Assembly (NCBI GenBank): GCA_041937185.1
Contig: CP166621.1
Span: 2,196,571 to 2,260,570 of the forward strand
From: Leptolyngbya sp. BL-A-14
GTDB lineage: Bacteria > Cyanobacteriota > Cyanobacteriia > Leptolyngbyales > Leptolyngbyaceae
Direction: 5' to 3'
Length of the DNA stretch: 64,000 bases
Shown: one piece after another, positions 1 through 10,676 of the stretch
Layout: each line of letters opens with the position of its first letter
Numbering within the stretch: the stretch's first letter is position 1
Made by a program: the position numbers and the translations under genes
Notes under the pieces: model-generated
The model's database searches: none
What the model was told of the DNA's origin: nothing
Seen by the model: the letters and a program-made list of their open reading frames with translations, nothing else

Positions 1-191
1 CTGAAGCCAATGCCATGACTCATCCAGAAGCCTGCCCGGATTCGCTGCAACCAGAGCTAAAAGCCTGCGCTGTTCAACTCGTCCCCATTGCACCTGAAAA
101 CACCCGTGCTGGAACAGTTCCTACAGCCCAAAGCGTGAGTCCACTTTCACCACCCCTTTCGGTTTAGGCAATCCATCAACGGTAAGTCTGT

Positions 192-722
192 TTAAGCCTG
201 CGGACTTTGCTCCCAGAGCTTCTCCAGTAGCTTGATTTGGGCGTCTAACGTAGCAGTACGGTAGGACTGATAGCGATCGTGCAGAAAGAGCGTTAACCCA
301 AACCCAACTGGCAAGACAAAGTACAGTATCCCCAGCAAAATGTCCGAAAGACGTTCCATTTGCTCGTTGGTGAGGGGGTGCAACATTGTTCCAGTCTGCA
401 CACTCGCTTGAGAGGACACAGGTAGCGCTTCAAGCTCATGGCTGCTCGTCGTACACATCAGCCCTTGTGGGTCGATCGCACAGGTTGGGTGTTGTACCGT
501 TGCATCAGCTCCGGATCGTATAGCACTTGGACTCAAAACAGCACTTTGACTCAAGGCAGACGGTGTGATCGAGAGTACCCCTGCAAAAACCAACCCAACC
601 GTTGCCAAGTTGATATATTTGCCGCTGCGCCCATGGAGAGTGGATGTCGGTTGAACGCTCAAACAGCGACTTGGCGACTGTAAAGGTAACCCATCACCCT
701 TTCGTACATTATGTAAAACCAT
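192..722 (-). CDS. hypothetical membrane-associated protein
   Basis: 176-aa ORF with an internal hydrophobic stretch (GLVFAGVLSITPSAL) and a second TM-like segment near the C-terminus; no recognisable motif. Confidence 0.35.
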   Translation of the reverse strand: MVLHNVRKGDGLPLQSPSRCLSVQPTSTLHGRSGKYINLATVGLVFAGVLSITPSALSQSAVLSPSAIRSGADATVQHPTCAIDPQGLMCTTSSHELEALPVSSQASVQTGTMLHPLTNEQMERLSDILLGILYFVLPVGFGLTLFLHDRYQSYRTATLDAQIKLLEKLWEQSPQA

Positions 723-1496
723 CTCTGGAACCAGATTCTAAAACAATTTCTGTATCTAATATTACTATTTAAGGCTTTCTAGTTCAAGAACTTCTTCAGT
801 CTTGAAAGGATGTCGCACCTGTCTCACAGGACTGTTACTTTACATAACGCCTTTCTAGTGAACGTTGTGCCTGCTTTGAACGATCGACAACGATAGAAAC
901 GCGCACAAAAATGTCTTGCTTTCCTGACAATTACGTTGAATGGAATGCTTTCTTCGCATGAGAATGATGCCTTTTTGACACTACCGCATCAAGCTCGTCC
1001 CTTAAATTCACTAAACCCTCTAAAAAAGCAGATGGCAGATGGTTTTCTATATGGAAAACTCTTCAGTCTGTGTCGGTTTGCGTCAGTTGATGCAAATGCA
1101 CGATCGACATTTCACTGATGCGAATTAGGCAAGTTCTACAGCTTATCGTTACAGGGAATACATTTACGATCGCGTGCAAAATCTAACGTGAGCGCATGAG
1201 TAAAAATTCAGTTTTCTAAAGGCTCAAAACAACTGATTTGCGAGCCCTTTGATCAAACCAAACACGTTTGAGCTTTTTGCTCAAATCAAACATTTTTGAG
1301 TCTTGCTGAAGAGTAGGATTTTGCACAATCAACAACGTGTTTGGTCAGAGAACCGTAGAAGAAGAAGCCCCCTTTTTACTCTTTCAATTACTTCACTTGA
1401 GCGTTGACTACAGCAACAGCGTTGTAGAAAGCACAACGCAAAAAATGGCAGGTTACGGATACTCATGCACATCTTTTCTTCTAAAGGAATCTTGCT

Positions 1497-2981
1497 ATGC
1501 TGCGAGGGCTTTTGTCTTTTAGAGGTCCCTATCGGATCTTGAACTTCGCCTGGTTTGCGTTCTTCTTAACGTTCGTACTGTGGTTTAACTATGCCCCGTT
1601 TACAACCGTTATTCGAGAAGATTTGCATCTCACAGTAGCGCAAGCCAGAACCATTGGCTTGTGTAATCTGGCGCTCACAATTCCAGCTCGAATTATTATT
1701 GGGATGGTGCTGGATCGTTTCGGTCCGCGCATCACGTTTTCGTCACTGCTGATTTACGCAGCGCTGCCATGTTTTGCATTTGCCTCTGCTCAAAACTTTA
1801 ATCAGTTAGTGCTGAGTCGCTTAGCCATGGGCATTGTGGGCGCAGGCTTTGTAGTTGGCATTCGCTTAGTGGGCGAATGGTTTCAACCCAAGCAAATTGG
1901 GTTTGCTCAAGGCATTTATGGTGGTTGGGGCAATTTCGGTTCCTTTGCTGCCGAAGCTGTCTTGCCGATCCTTGCCTTCGGTTCTGCCTTTCTCTATGCG
2001 GGTCATGAAAACTGGCGGTTGGCGATCGCCCTTTGTGGTGTGGTTTCTGCCGTTTATGGGGTGATCTTTTACCTCAATGTGCAAAACACGCCCCCTGGGA
2101 AAGAATATCAGCGCCCTGCCCGCAATGGCGGCATGGAAGTAACCAGCCGCAAAAGTTTTTGGGCACTCGTACTCACCAACATTCCTCTCTTTGGAGCACT
2201 GGGGCTGATTACCTGGCGTTTACAGCTGATCAAGTTCCTGAGCCCGACGACGATGTATGGGATCTGGGTCTTCCTGGCAGGGTTATTTCTGGTGCAAACC
2301 TACCAGCTTTACAACGTCAATCGGGAAGTCGTTCACGGTACGAAGCATTATCCACCCGACGATCGCTACCAGATTAGTCAAATCATGGTGCTGAATCTGG
2401 CCTATGCCGTGAGTTTCGGCTCTGAATTAGCAGTCGTCTCCATGCTGCCTGAATTTTTTGAGCACACATTCAACCTCAGCCATCAGGTCGCAGGGCCCGT
2501 CGCAGCAACGTATCCCTTAATGAACCTGATCTCTCGCCCCGCCGGAGGCTTGATTTCAGACAAGATTGGGAGCCGTAAGTGGACGCTGACAGCCATGATT
2601 GGCGGTGTGGGTGTGGGCTACATGATGATGAGCCTCATTTCGGGCGGATGGCTGTTGGCGTTGGCGATCGTCATGACCATGGGCTGTGCCTTCTTCGTGT
2701 TTGGCGGTGCGGGTGCCACATTTGGCATTGCCCCCTTGATTAAACGGCGAGTCACAGGACAGATCGCGGGCAACATCGGCGCTTATGGCAGTGTTGGCTC
2801 CGTTATCTATGCCACCACCTATAGCTTGCTGCCCCAAACCGTAGAAGGGAACCGTACGTTTTTCCAATTCCTGGGTTCAGCGGCACTCATTGTCTGCTTC
2901 CTCTGCGCCTTCATTCTGAAAGAGCCAGCCGTTGTGAAGAGTGAAGAGTTGGTCGAAGATCCCGCCTTTGCAGGTCATTAA
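1497..2981 (+). CDS. MFS transporter, nitrate/nitrite porter (NNP/NarK-NrtP-like) family
   Basis: 494 aa with about 12 predicted TM helices; glycine-rich GGWGNFG motif typical of the NNP family; overall resembles cyanobacterial NrtP. Confidence 0.7.
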   Translation: MLRGLLSFRGPYRILNFAWFAFFLTFVLWFNYAPFTTVIREDLHLTVAQARTIGLCNLALTIPARIIIGMVLDRFGPRITFSSLLIYAALPCFAFASAQNFNQLVLSRLAMGIVGAGFVVGIRLVGEWFQPKQIGFAQGIYGGWGNFGSFAAEAVLPILAFGSAFLYAGHENWRLAIALCGVVSAVYGVIFYLNVQNTPPGKEYQRPARNGGMEVTSRKSFWALVLTNIPLFGALGLITWRLQLIKFLSPTTMYGIWVFLAGLFLVQTYQLYNVNREVVHGTKHYPPDDRYQISQIMVLNLAYAVSFGSELAVVSMLPEFFEHTFNLSHQVAGPVAATYPLMNLISRPAGGLISDKIGSRKWTLTAMIGGVGVGYMMMSLISGGWLLALAIVMTMGCAFFVFGGAGATFGIAPLIKRRVTGQIAGNIGAYGSVGSVIYATTYSLLPQTVEGNRTFFQFLGSAALIVCFLCAFILKEPAVVKSEELVEDPAFAGH

Positions 2982-3094
2982 CAAAGTTTTTGGTTGTTAG
3001 TGGCTAGTTGTTAGACGGAGTTGGTTCAAAAACCGGGTTCCGCTGCGAATAGCTGTTGTTGAAACACCGAAGTAGCTAACTCATAGGGTGGGCA

Positions 3095-4612
3095 ATGCCC
3101 ACCCTAGTTAAATCAGCGCCATTCTACGTGCATCCCATTAACGAAAAACTGGCAACTAAAATACTCTCTTTCGACAAACGGCTCTTTGCATCCAATGGTC
3201 GGTTATGCCTTCCCCATTCATTGAGGAGCTTTATGGTATCCACGCCTTCAAGTAATGATGTGACCGCAGAGACAGCGGAAAATCAGTCTAGCTACGGTTC
3301 GAATGAGTTGGGTTATCAGCAGTTGATTTTGTGTGCTGCGCTGATTGGTATTGCCGGTGGGCTGGTGGCAACCGCTTACTATTACGTGTTAGAAGCTTGT
3401 CTTCATATCACCTGGCATACGCTGCCCGACGTTGTGCTGCCACTCTTTCCTGCCATTCCAGCATGGAACTATGTGTGGATTGCGACGACGATCGGCGGTT
3501 TTTGTGTCGGTCTAACGCTGCGCTTTATGGGGCTACCCGGTGAAGTAGCCATGGTGGTGGACAAAGTGCATGATCCGGGTCGCATTGAAGTAAAGCAAAC
3601 ACCCGCCATGATTGTGGCATCGCTGTTTTCCATTACGGCGGGGGGCAGTGCTGGCCCCGAAGCACCGCTGGTGCAAATTCTGGGCAGCTTTGGGGGCTGG
3701 CTCAGCAGCAAACTGCGGCTCACGTTAGTAAACACTCGCGTGCTGACATTTTGCGGCATGAGTGCAGCGCTGGGTGCCTTTTTTGGCGCACCGTTGGGTG
3801 GTGCTTTGTTTGCCCTGGAACTCCCCCATCGACGCGGGTTGGAATATTACGAAGCATTGATTCCCGCCGTGCTATCCGCCATTCTCAGCTTCTTTGTGTT
3901 TCGGTTTAATACCGGGCTAACGATCGGCGGCATGTACCATTTTGAGGCCATTCCAGAACTGACGCTGATGAGCCTGCTGCAAGGCTTGTTACTTGGTGCA
4001 GCTGGTGCGGGTGTAGCCGTTACGTTTGTGTTGATCTTTCGGCTGATTGGCTCTCTGCTGCATCGGCTGGAGCACCACACCATTTTGCTGGCAACGCTCG
4101 GTGGTCTGACCATTGGGCTGCTGGCGCTGGCAGTGCCCCAAACTCTGTTTTTTGGCGAGAAAGAAATTCAGACGATCGTCGAAACGGGTGCCACGTTAGG
4201 GTTAACGATGTTGCTCGTCATTGGTTTCACCAAAATGCTGGCGATCGGCTTCACATTGCATTCTGGCTTTCGGGGCGGTTTCATCTTTCCCCTGTTTTAT
4301 CTGGGTGCCACCTTTGGCTACGCGATCGCTCTCAGCGTCCCCAATCTTCATCCGACGATCGCCATGGTGTGCATGATGGCAGCCGTGAATGTCGCCATTA
4401 CCAAAACACCCATCAGCAGCACGGTGATTCTGAGCGTGTTGTCCGATACAGCAATGGTGCCTGTGATCTTGATTGCGAGCTTTACCAGCTTTTTGCTCAC
4501 GACGCAGGTCTCGCTGATTGGTACCCAGCGATCACGCACCATTTTTCCGGCTGGACCACTCTTACAAGCAGAGCCCCAGCCTATCCCAATCGAAGTGCCT
4601 GTAAAGGTGTGA
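3095..4612 (+). CDS. CLC family voltage-gated chloride channel / H+-Cl- antiporter
   Basis: 505-aa polytopic protein with CLC signature segments GGSAGPEAP (GxEGP-like selectivity filter) and GFTLHSGFRGGFIFP; true start may be an internal Met. Confidence 0.8.
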   Translation: MPTLVKSAPFYVHPINEKLATKILSFDKRLFASNGRLCLPHSLRSFMVSTPSSNDVTAETAENQSSYGSNELGYQQLILCAALIGIAGGLVATAYYYVLEACLHITWHTLPDVVLPLFPAIPAWNYVWIATTIGGFCVGLTLRFMGLPGEVAMVVDKVHDPGRIEVKQTPAMIVASLFSITAGGSAGPEAPLVQILGSFGGWLSSKLRLTLVNTRVLTFCGMSAALGAFFGAPLGGALFALELPHRRGLEYYEALIPAVLSAILSFFVFRFNTGLTIGGMYHFEAIPELTLMSLLQGLLLGAAGAGVAVTFVLIFRLIGSLLHRLEHHTILLATLGGLTIGLLALAVPQTLFFGEKEIQTIVETGATLGLTMLLVIGFTKMLAIGFTLHSGFRGGFIFPLFYLGATFGYAIALSVPNLHPTIAMVCMMAAVNVAITKTPISSTVILSVLSDTAMVPVILIASFTSFLLTTQVSLIGTQRSRTIFPAGPLLQAEPQPIPIEVPVKV

Positions 4613-4745
4613 GGAGTTGGTAGAGAGAGGTAGAGGGATGAGGGATGAGAAACGGCCAAAGGCTGACCGTTGATAGCGAGGGAGAAGGCAGAAGAAAGGC
4701 TGAAGGCTAAAGGCTGAAGGCTAAAAACCTGACTCCTGATCACTG
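4613..4745. repeat. STRR-like heptamer tandem-repeat cluster between convergent genes
   Basis: GGTAGAG, GGATGAG, GGCTGAA, GGCTAAA and GGCAGAA heptamer runs. Confidence 0.8.
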
Positions 4746-4759
4746 CCCGTCCTTCGTCG

Positions 4760-5884
4760 CTAACCCATCCCAGGAATCAAGCTGCTGCTAAGGCGTTTGA
4801 GTGCCCGATTCGCCACATCGGCATAGCGTAATTCACCACACAAAATCTGGCCGATGCGCTGAGTCGCGGAGGGACGCTTAATCCCTACTTTGTAGCCAAT
4901 GTTCGGAACACGGTAGAAAACCCCTGCAAGCCGCTGGGCCCAAAGCATATCGGCTCCCCACTCGTTGTTGATCAAGTCAGTATAAGCTTGCAGCGCATTC
5001 ACGTTGCCTGCCAGAGCTTCGTCGATCGCCCCTGCAGCCTTAACACCTGTAAAGATTGCAGGACGAATGCCTTCAGCCGTGAACGGATCAACTACCGAAG
5101 CGGCTTCTCCAGCTAGCAAAGCATTTTGGGCATGCAGTGTTTGATTTCCATCCCATAGGCAAAGGGAGTGAGCCGTCAGTTGACCGGCTTTGACATTCAG
5201 ACCAGACTTTTGGGCGTAATCGGTCAGCAGTTTGTTCAAGTCTGTAGGATCATTCCCTCGGAAGGTCGCAATGCCGAGCGAATAGCCATCAGCCTTAGGA
5301 AACCGCCAAATATAGCCGTTTTTAACCATGCCAAACTCAAAGTAAGCTTTCTCGGCATCAACATCAGCGGCTGGCACTTCTAGCACAGCCCCAGAACGGC
5401 ACTTCGGTTCTTTGAAGCCAAGCCATTTGGATGTGGGTCCTTTGGCACCATCAGCCGCAATCAGGTAACGACCAGTAATGGCTCCATTCAATGTGTTTAC
5501 CTGCCAGTGATCGGTCTTGAACTCAATCCCAGTGGCCTCAGTGTTGTCTCTTAATTCAGTACCCTGCTTCTGAGCTTGCTGTACAAGAAAGTGATCAAAT
5601 ACATCACGACGTACCATCCACATCGGCTCAGAGGTTTGCAATTTCGCATCGACTGGATCACCGAGTTTCCAGGTGTAGCAAATGTTTTCAAGTTTGCGAT
5701 CAATGGCAGGAGCAAAGTCAAAGTCAAACCATTGCGCGATCGCCGGAGAGACACCACCACAGCATGGCTTGTAACGGGGCAACGATTGCTTTTCAAGTAG
5801 CAGCACCGATCGTCCCCGTTTTGCCAGGTGGTAAGCCGCACTCGCTCCAGCGGGACCCGCTCCTACAACAATGCAATCAAACAT
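4760..5884 (-). CDS. geranylgeranyl reductase family FAD-dependent oxidoreductase
   Basis: N-terminal Rossmann dinucleotide-binding motif DCIVVGAGPAGASAAYHLAKRG; 374 aa; family-level similarity to geranylgeranyl reductases (TIGR02032-like). Confidence 0.7.
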   Translation of the reverse strand: MFDCIVVGAGPAGASAAYHLAKRGRSVLLLEKQSLPRYKPCCGGVSPAIAQWFDFDFAPAIDRKLENICYTWKLGDPVDAKLQTSEPMWMVRRDVFDHFLVQQAQKQGTELRDNTEATGIEFKTDHWQVNTLNGAITGRYLIAADGAKGPTSKWLGFKEPKCRSGAVLEVPAADVDAEKAYFEFGMVKNGYIWRFPKADGYSLGIATFRGNDPTDLNKLLTDYAQKSGLNVKAGQLTAHSLCLWDGNQTLHAQNALLAGEAASVVDPFTAEGIRPAIFTGVKAAGAIDEALAGNVNALQAYTDLINNEWGADMLWAQRLAGVFYRVPNIGYKVGIKRPSATQRIGQILCGELRYADVANRALKRLSSSLIPGMG

Positions 5885-6482
5885 CAGTCCTACTCTCCTT
5901 CAAACTCTAAGACCTTAAAAGCCAGCGATATGATTATGTTGATCAGACACAATTTCCCTACAGGGAGTATTTCAGTTCAGCATTCTCGCTTATCGTGCCG
6001 CATATTTACCCGCATTGAGGTTTGTGTGGCACCAGACGCAAGCAACGCTTCGATCGTGATTCACGTCAACATAAGACGCGTCAGAAATTGTACTGGAGAT
6101 GCCCCGCTTCTCCAGTCATAACAAGCGTTAATCCCCAGTCAATTGACGAAAGTCAGGGTAAAACGGATGACGACTTGCTTAAAAACTTCAGAAAGACACG
6201 CTCAAAGCTGAGACAACAAACCTTATCTACGTACTCGCCTCAATTATGCGATTCACCAGTTATACGGAGTGCAAAGTTCCAATAAGAATCTTAGGATAGA
6301 AGCATAAATCTTTCATGAAGTGCGCCGCCTCAATTCAGTATCATTCAGCAATTCCTCACTGCTGTTGCCCCCCAGTGACGGAAAAACTGCAAAAGCGGAC
6401 GTTAAGCGCTCAAACTAAGCTTTACGATGAGTGGGCGACTGCTCATGTCCATTGCGACCTATTTGGTGAGGCTACATTTATG

Positions 6483-6671
6483 CTTTGGGAAGTTTGTATT
6501 CGATATCCAAACGGTCAGGAACGCGCCTTGCGCTCTTACAAAGACCGGGAAATAGCGCTCAAACGTATTGATGCTATTTATTCAGAAGGTTATCCCCTGC
6601 ACGTTGCGTACATTGTACGACCCGCACAAGAGATCGCCTTTGGCGGACAATTGGCGGTAGCCAGCATCTAG
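6483..6671 (+). CDS. small hypothetical protein (about 62 aa)
   Basis: Internal ATG of ORF 6315..6671, which lies in a roughly 1-kb gene-poor region; no motif; speculative. Confidence 0.2.
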   Translation, partial: LWEVCIRYPNGQERALRSYKDREIALKRIDAIYSEGYPLHVAYIVRPAQEIAFGGQLAVASI

Positions 6672-6867
6672 CAGAAGCACGTATTACGTAAAGAGGCAAG
6701 TTGAGCGAGACGTTAGCCGTTCATATCGCTTTGAACGCAAATTACCGCTAATCAATCTCTACCCGTTACTTGCCTCCTGATCGTTCTATAGTTTGCAACG
6801 ATTGAAGATGAAATCATTGGCTGTTGCAAGCACACATTCATTGAAGGCGGCTGAAGCGCAAAGCTGG

Positions 6868-7416
6868 CTAAACCGTCATAATGTCTTTTTCTTTGTCAGC
6901 CAAAACTTCGTCTACTTTGGCGATGTATTTATCAGTCAGTTTTTGAATTTTGTCCTGCAAATCGCGAGCTTCATCTTCAGGCAGTTCGCTATTTTTCTCT
7001 TGCTTTCGCACACTATCTACCGCATCCCGGCGGATGTTGCGGATCGATACTTTACCTTCTTCGGCATATTTTGCTGCCATTTTGACCAGCTCTTTCCGCC
7101 GATCGTTCGTTAAAGGTGGAATATTGAGACGAATTGTTGAGCCATCGTTATTAGGGGTTAACCCAATATCCGATAGAGAGATCGCTTTCTCAATTAAGCT
7201 CAAGCTACTGCGGTCAAAAGGCTGCACCGTAATGGTTGAGGCATCAGGCGTATTGATGTTTGCAAGCGACTTGAGTGGTGTGGGTGCTCCGTAATACTCA
7301 ACCTGCACCCGATCGAGAATCGAGGCATTCGCTCGGCCAGTCCGAATGGTATTAAACGATCTCTGCGTGGCTTCAATCGCCTTCCGCATGTGTTCTTCAA
7401 CGTCAACTAACTTCAC
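6868..7416 (-). CDS. frr: ribosome recycling factor
   Basis: Conserved RRF sequence ([20 protein letters not shown] ... RNIRRDA); likely GTG start at 7416 preceded by a GGAGG Shine-Dalgarno sequence; overlaps the pyrH stop by 14 nt. Confidence 0.9.
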   Translation of the reverse strand: MKLVDVEEHMRKAIEATQRSFNTIRTGRANASILDRVQVEYYGAPTPLKSLANINTPDASTITVQPFDRSSLSLIEKAISLSDIGLTPNNDGSTIRLNIPPLTNDRRKELVKMAAKYAEEGKVSIRNIRRDAVDSVRKQEKNSELPEDEARDLQDKIQKLTDKYIAKVDEVLADKEKDIMTV

Positions 7417-8131
7417 AAGAACCTCCGACAAGCGTTCCAATTTGTTCGCCCGCAACGGCTCGACGTACATTTCCTTTCACGGAAAGGTCAAACACGATGA
7501 TCGGGATATTGTTGTCCTTACATAAGGATATCGCAGTACTGTCCATCACCCGTAGATCCTGGGTGAGAATATGTCCATAGGTAAGGGTTTTGTAGCGGCG
7601 CGCCTCAGGGTTCTTGCGGGGGTCAGAATCGTAAACACCATCGACTTTGGTTGCTTTGAACAACACATCAGCACCAATTTCAGCGGCTCGTAGTGCTGCG
7701 GTCGTATCGGTTGTAAAAAAGGGATTGCCGGAGCCTGCGCCAAAAATGACGACCCGTCCTTTTTCTAGATGGCGGATGGCGCGTCGCCGGATATACGGTT
7801 CAGCGACTTCTTGCATTGAAATAGCTGTTTGAACCCGCGTAGGAACACCAATTTGCTCCAGTGCATCTTGAAGGGTCATGGCGTTCATGACGGTTGCGAT
7901 CATCCCAATATAGTCGGCGGTAGCGCGATCCATGCCTGCGGCAGCGCCTTTGACTCCTCGGAAGATATTGCCGCCACCGACGACGATCGCCACCTGTACT
8001 CCGGTTGCAATCACGTCGGCAACTTCTTGAGCAATGTCTTGCACAATGTTGGCATCAATTCCGTAGGAAAGCTCACCCATGAGGGCTTCACCGCTTAATT
8101 TCAGCACGACTCGCTGGTAAGTGACTCCCAT
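7403..8131 (-). CDS. pyrH: UMP kinase
   Basis: 242 aa; canonical UMP kinase sequence ([11 protein letters not shown] ... GGGNIFRG ... VDGVYDSDP); classic pyrH-frr gene order. Confidence 0.92.
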   Translation of the reverse strand: MGVTYQRVVLKLSGEALMGELSYGIDANIVQDIAQEVADVIATGVQVAIVVGGGNIFRGVKGAAAGMDRATADYIGMIATVMNAMTLQDALEQIGVPTRVQTAISMQEVAEPYIRRRAIRHLEKGRVVIFGAGSGNPFFTTDTTAALRAAEIGADVLFKATKVDGVYDSDPRKNPEARRYKTLTYGHILTQDLRVMDSTAISLCKDNNIPIIVFDLSVKGNVRRAVAGEQIGTLVGGSCEVS

Positions 8132-8337
8132 GTGGTGCTATTTCTCTTACTCCAGGTTGCTTTCAACCATAAAGATACTCCTTAGTGAAGAGATTCGTCC
8201 ACCTTGATTACAGATCAGGAAAGTGCGCTAAAAGTAGCTTGACGGATTGCGAGTGAGGCAAAAAGTAGCTGTTATGGCAAAGGCAGCGTACTGTTCCCTT
8301 GCTTCAACGGGATTCTTTGTGGCTAAAGCTTGAACGA

Positions 8338-8883
8338 TTAAAGATGCCATTTGACCGAGCAGCCGACAGGTTCCGTAGAGGTGGGTCGAATGGGAGCATT
8401 GATCAAAATCTGGGCGATCGCGTCTCGAAGATACGTCACTCGCACAGAATCGGGATCATTTGGGCTATCATCCACCGAGCCGCTGTAGCACAGCACGCCA
8501 TCTTGATTTAGGAGAAAAACGTGCGGAGTTTTCTCTGCGCCAAAGCTTTGGGCAACTTCTTGCGTCACATCCCGCAAGTAGGGAAAGTTGAGTTGATGCT
8601 CGGTTGCAAACCGCTTCATGTTCTCAAAGCTGTCATCTGGGTAACGATCGGCATCATTCGAGTTAATCCCAATCAGCGTTACGCTCTGATCTTGGAAATC
8701 TGCCTGGATCTGTTTGAGGCGATCGAGGTGCCGATGTACGTAGGGGCAGTGATTGCACATAAACACAACCGCTACCGCGCGAAATTGCTCCAAATACCGT
8801 GCCAGATGATGCACAGAACCGTCAATCCCTGGAATTTCGAAGTCGGGAGCGTAACTGCCAATCACGGTACTCATTTTTTCCAT
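8338..8883 (-). CDS. thioredoxin-fold thiol-disulfide oxidoreductase (redoxin/TlpA-like)
   Basis: CNHCPY CxxC motif in a thioredoxin-like 181-aa protein. Confidence 0.6.
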   Translation of the reverse strand: MEKMSTVIGSYAPDFEIPGIDGSVHHLARYLEQFRAVAVVFMCNHCPYVHRHLDRLKQIQADFQDQSVTLIGINSNDADRYPDDSFENMKRFATEHQLNFPYLRDVTQEVAQSFGAEKTPHVFLLNQDGVLCYSGSVDDSPNDPDSVRVTYLRDAIAQILINAPIRPTSTEPVGCSVKWHL

Positions 8884-9133
8884 GAAACAGAATCCTGGTA
8901 GAGCAGAGAGGAAGGGGCAAGGGAAGTTTTTGGTTGCTAGTTGAGAAAGGGAAGCAGAGAGAGGACGTTTTGAGCTTTGAGTTGAGGCAGTTTTTAGTGG
9001 TTGGTTTTTAGTTTTTAGGACTGGAACAAGCGCTGCTTTTCTCTCCTTCTAACAACTAACAACTAACAACCAAAAACCCTTCTGCCCTCTGCCTCCTGCC
9101 TTCTTCTAGCAACTAGCAACCCAAAACGAACAA
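8884..9133. repeat. composite STRR-like repeat element with conserved AGCGCT core
   Basis: The whole 250-bp spacer is heptamer runs (GTTTTTA, AACAACT, CCTCTGC) around the core GGAACAAGCGCTGCTTTTCTCTCCTTCTAA. Confidence 0.8.
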
Positions 9134-10045
9134 CTACATCCAGTTTTGTGCGATCGCCTGGTATCCAATTAGTTTATAGACCAATTTCGCTGCCGTAAAC
9201 TCTGACACCACAGAATCGGTAATGGGAGCCAACTCCATCACATCGCACCCGATGACCTGATGAGCCGCGAAGATACGTTGAATGAAGGTAAGCAGGCTAT
9301 ACCAGTTCAGGCCACCTGGTTCAGGGGTGCCAACTCCAGGAATTAGGGTAGGATCAATCCCGTCGAGGTCGATCGTGATAAAGACTTTCTCAGTTTTGAT
9401 ACTGGCAACGGCACGATCGATCCAGTCAGGCTGTATAACAATTTCCCGTGCTCGAAAGACAGCGAGTTGCTTCTCTTTAATCAAATCGGCTTCTTCTTTG
9501 CAAATGCTGCGAATGCCTACCTGAACCGTGGGCAACCCCATATCCACGATCCGTCGCATCACACAGGCGTGGTTGTGAATTGAGCCTTCGTATTCGTGAC
9601 GCAAATCGCCATGAGCATCAACCTGCACAACGGTGAAGGACTCCCCTGGATTCGCTTGCCGATACGCCTCGACAATGCCCGTTGTAATACTGTGTTCACC
9701 ACCCAGCGAGATAACAAATTTGCCGTCTGAGGCAAGCTTAAACACCGTTTCCTGCGTTGCGCGAAGCATTGCTTCAGAGGAAACTTTCTGACCGTTACGA
9801 GTATCGGCGATCGCATCGTGCGTATAGATACCCACCGGCCAAAGTTCGCGATCGAGTTCCTCGTCGTAATACTCGACTTGCTGCGACGCATCGAGAATGG
9901 CATCGGGGCCATGCTCACAGCCACGTCGATAAGTGGTAGTGGCTTCGTAAGGGATCGGCAGGATCACAACGTTAGCCTTGTCATAGGCCGCCGCGACATC
10001 CGGCCCTAAAAACGGTAGTGAAGAAACAGACGTTTGCACCAGCAT
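9134..10045 (-). CDS. speB: agmatinase / arginase-family ureohydrolase
   Basis: Arginase-fold Mn-binding motifs (GGEHSIT, VQVDAHGDL, ITIDLDGIDP); 303 aa. Confidence 0.8.
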   Translation of the reverse strand: MLVQTSVSSLPFLGPDVAAAYDKANVVILPIPYEATTTYRRGCEHGPDAILDASQQVEYYDEELDRELWPVGIYTHDAIADTRNGQKVSSEAMLRATQETVFKLASDGKFVISLGGEHSITTGIVEAYRQANPGESFTVVQVDAHGDLRHEYEGSIHNHACVMRRIVDMGLPTVQVGIRSICKEEADLIKEKQLAVFRAREIVIQPDWIDRAVASIKTEKVFITIDLDGIDPTLIPGVGTPEPGGLNWYSLLTFIQRIFAAHQVIGCDVMELAPITDSVVSEFTAAKLVYKLIGYQAIAQNWM

Positions 10046-10172
10046 GACAGACCCGATTTAAGCAACACCTGATCCTGGCACATTCTTCCCACGATCGACC
10101 ACTGGCAAGACATCTATAATGGAGCGATCGTGTTTCAATCAAATTCTTAATGGTAACACGCTGGCGTGTAAA

Positions 10173-10676
10173 ATGTCTAATCAAGGTGAAAAGAAACCGA
10201 GCGGAAGCAAATATCAGCCCTTGTTAGATGCCTTACGTCGAAGTGATCAACTCAAGGTCACGCTCACCTTTAGCACCATCGAAGCCTTGCTGGGTGAAAG
10301 CCTGCCTCCTTCTGCTCGTAGTAAGCGTGGGTGGTGGAGCAATCGCAGCAAGGGCGCATTACAAGCCACGGCCTGGATGGCAGCAGGCTATCTGGTGGAG
10401 ACGATCGACCTGGAGGGTGAGCAAGTTACCTTTACAAAACCGCCAGAGGTTTACCGTGTGCGGTGCATTGACGACACCCTGCAGTGGAACAGCGAGTTGA
10501 TTCGGGCTTTACGGTTGCACATGGGCTTGACCCAGGCAGGCATGGCGAAAGAATTAGGCGTCCGGCAACAAACGGTAAGCGAGTGGGAAAAGGGTATTTA
10601 CGCCCCAACCCGCGCCAGTTCAAAACATTTGACGTTAGTCGCAGAAAAAGCGGCGTTTCGCTATGAGATTTATTGA
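10173..10676 (+). CDS. XRE-family helix-turn-helix transcriptional regulator with N-terminal domain of unknown function
   Basis: C-terminal HTH (LRLHMGLTQAGMAKELGVRQQTVSEWEKG); start chosen at internal ATG 10173. Confidence 0.6.
   Translation: MSNQGEKKPSGSKYQPLLDALRRSDQLKVTLTFSTIEALLGESLPPSARSKRGWWSNRSKGALQATAWMAAGYLVETIDLEGEQVTFTKPPEVYRVRCIDDTLQWNSELIRALRLHMGLTQAGMAKELGVRQQTVSEWEKGIYAPTRASSKHLTLVAEKAAFRYEIY

Noticed and set aside
6793-7113. 106-aa plus-strand ORF overlapping frr
   Set aside because: It is antisense to frr, a hydrophobic low-complexity translation.
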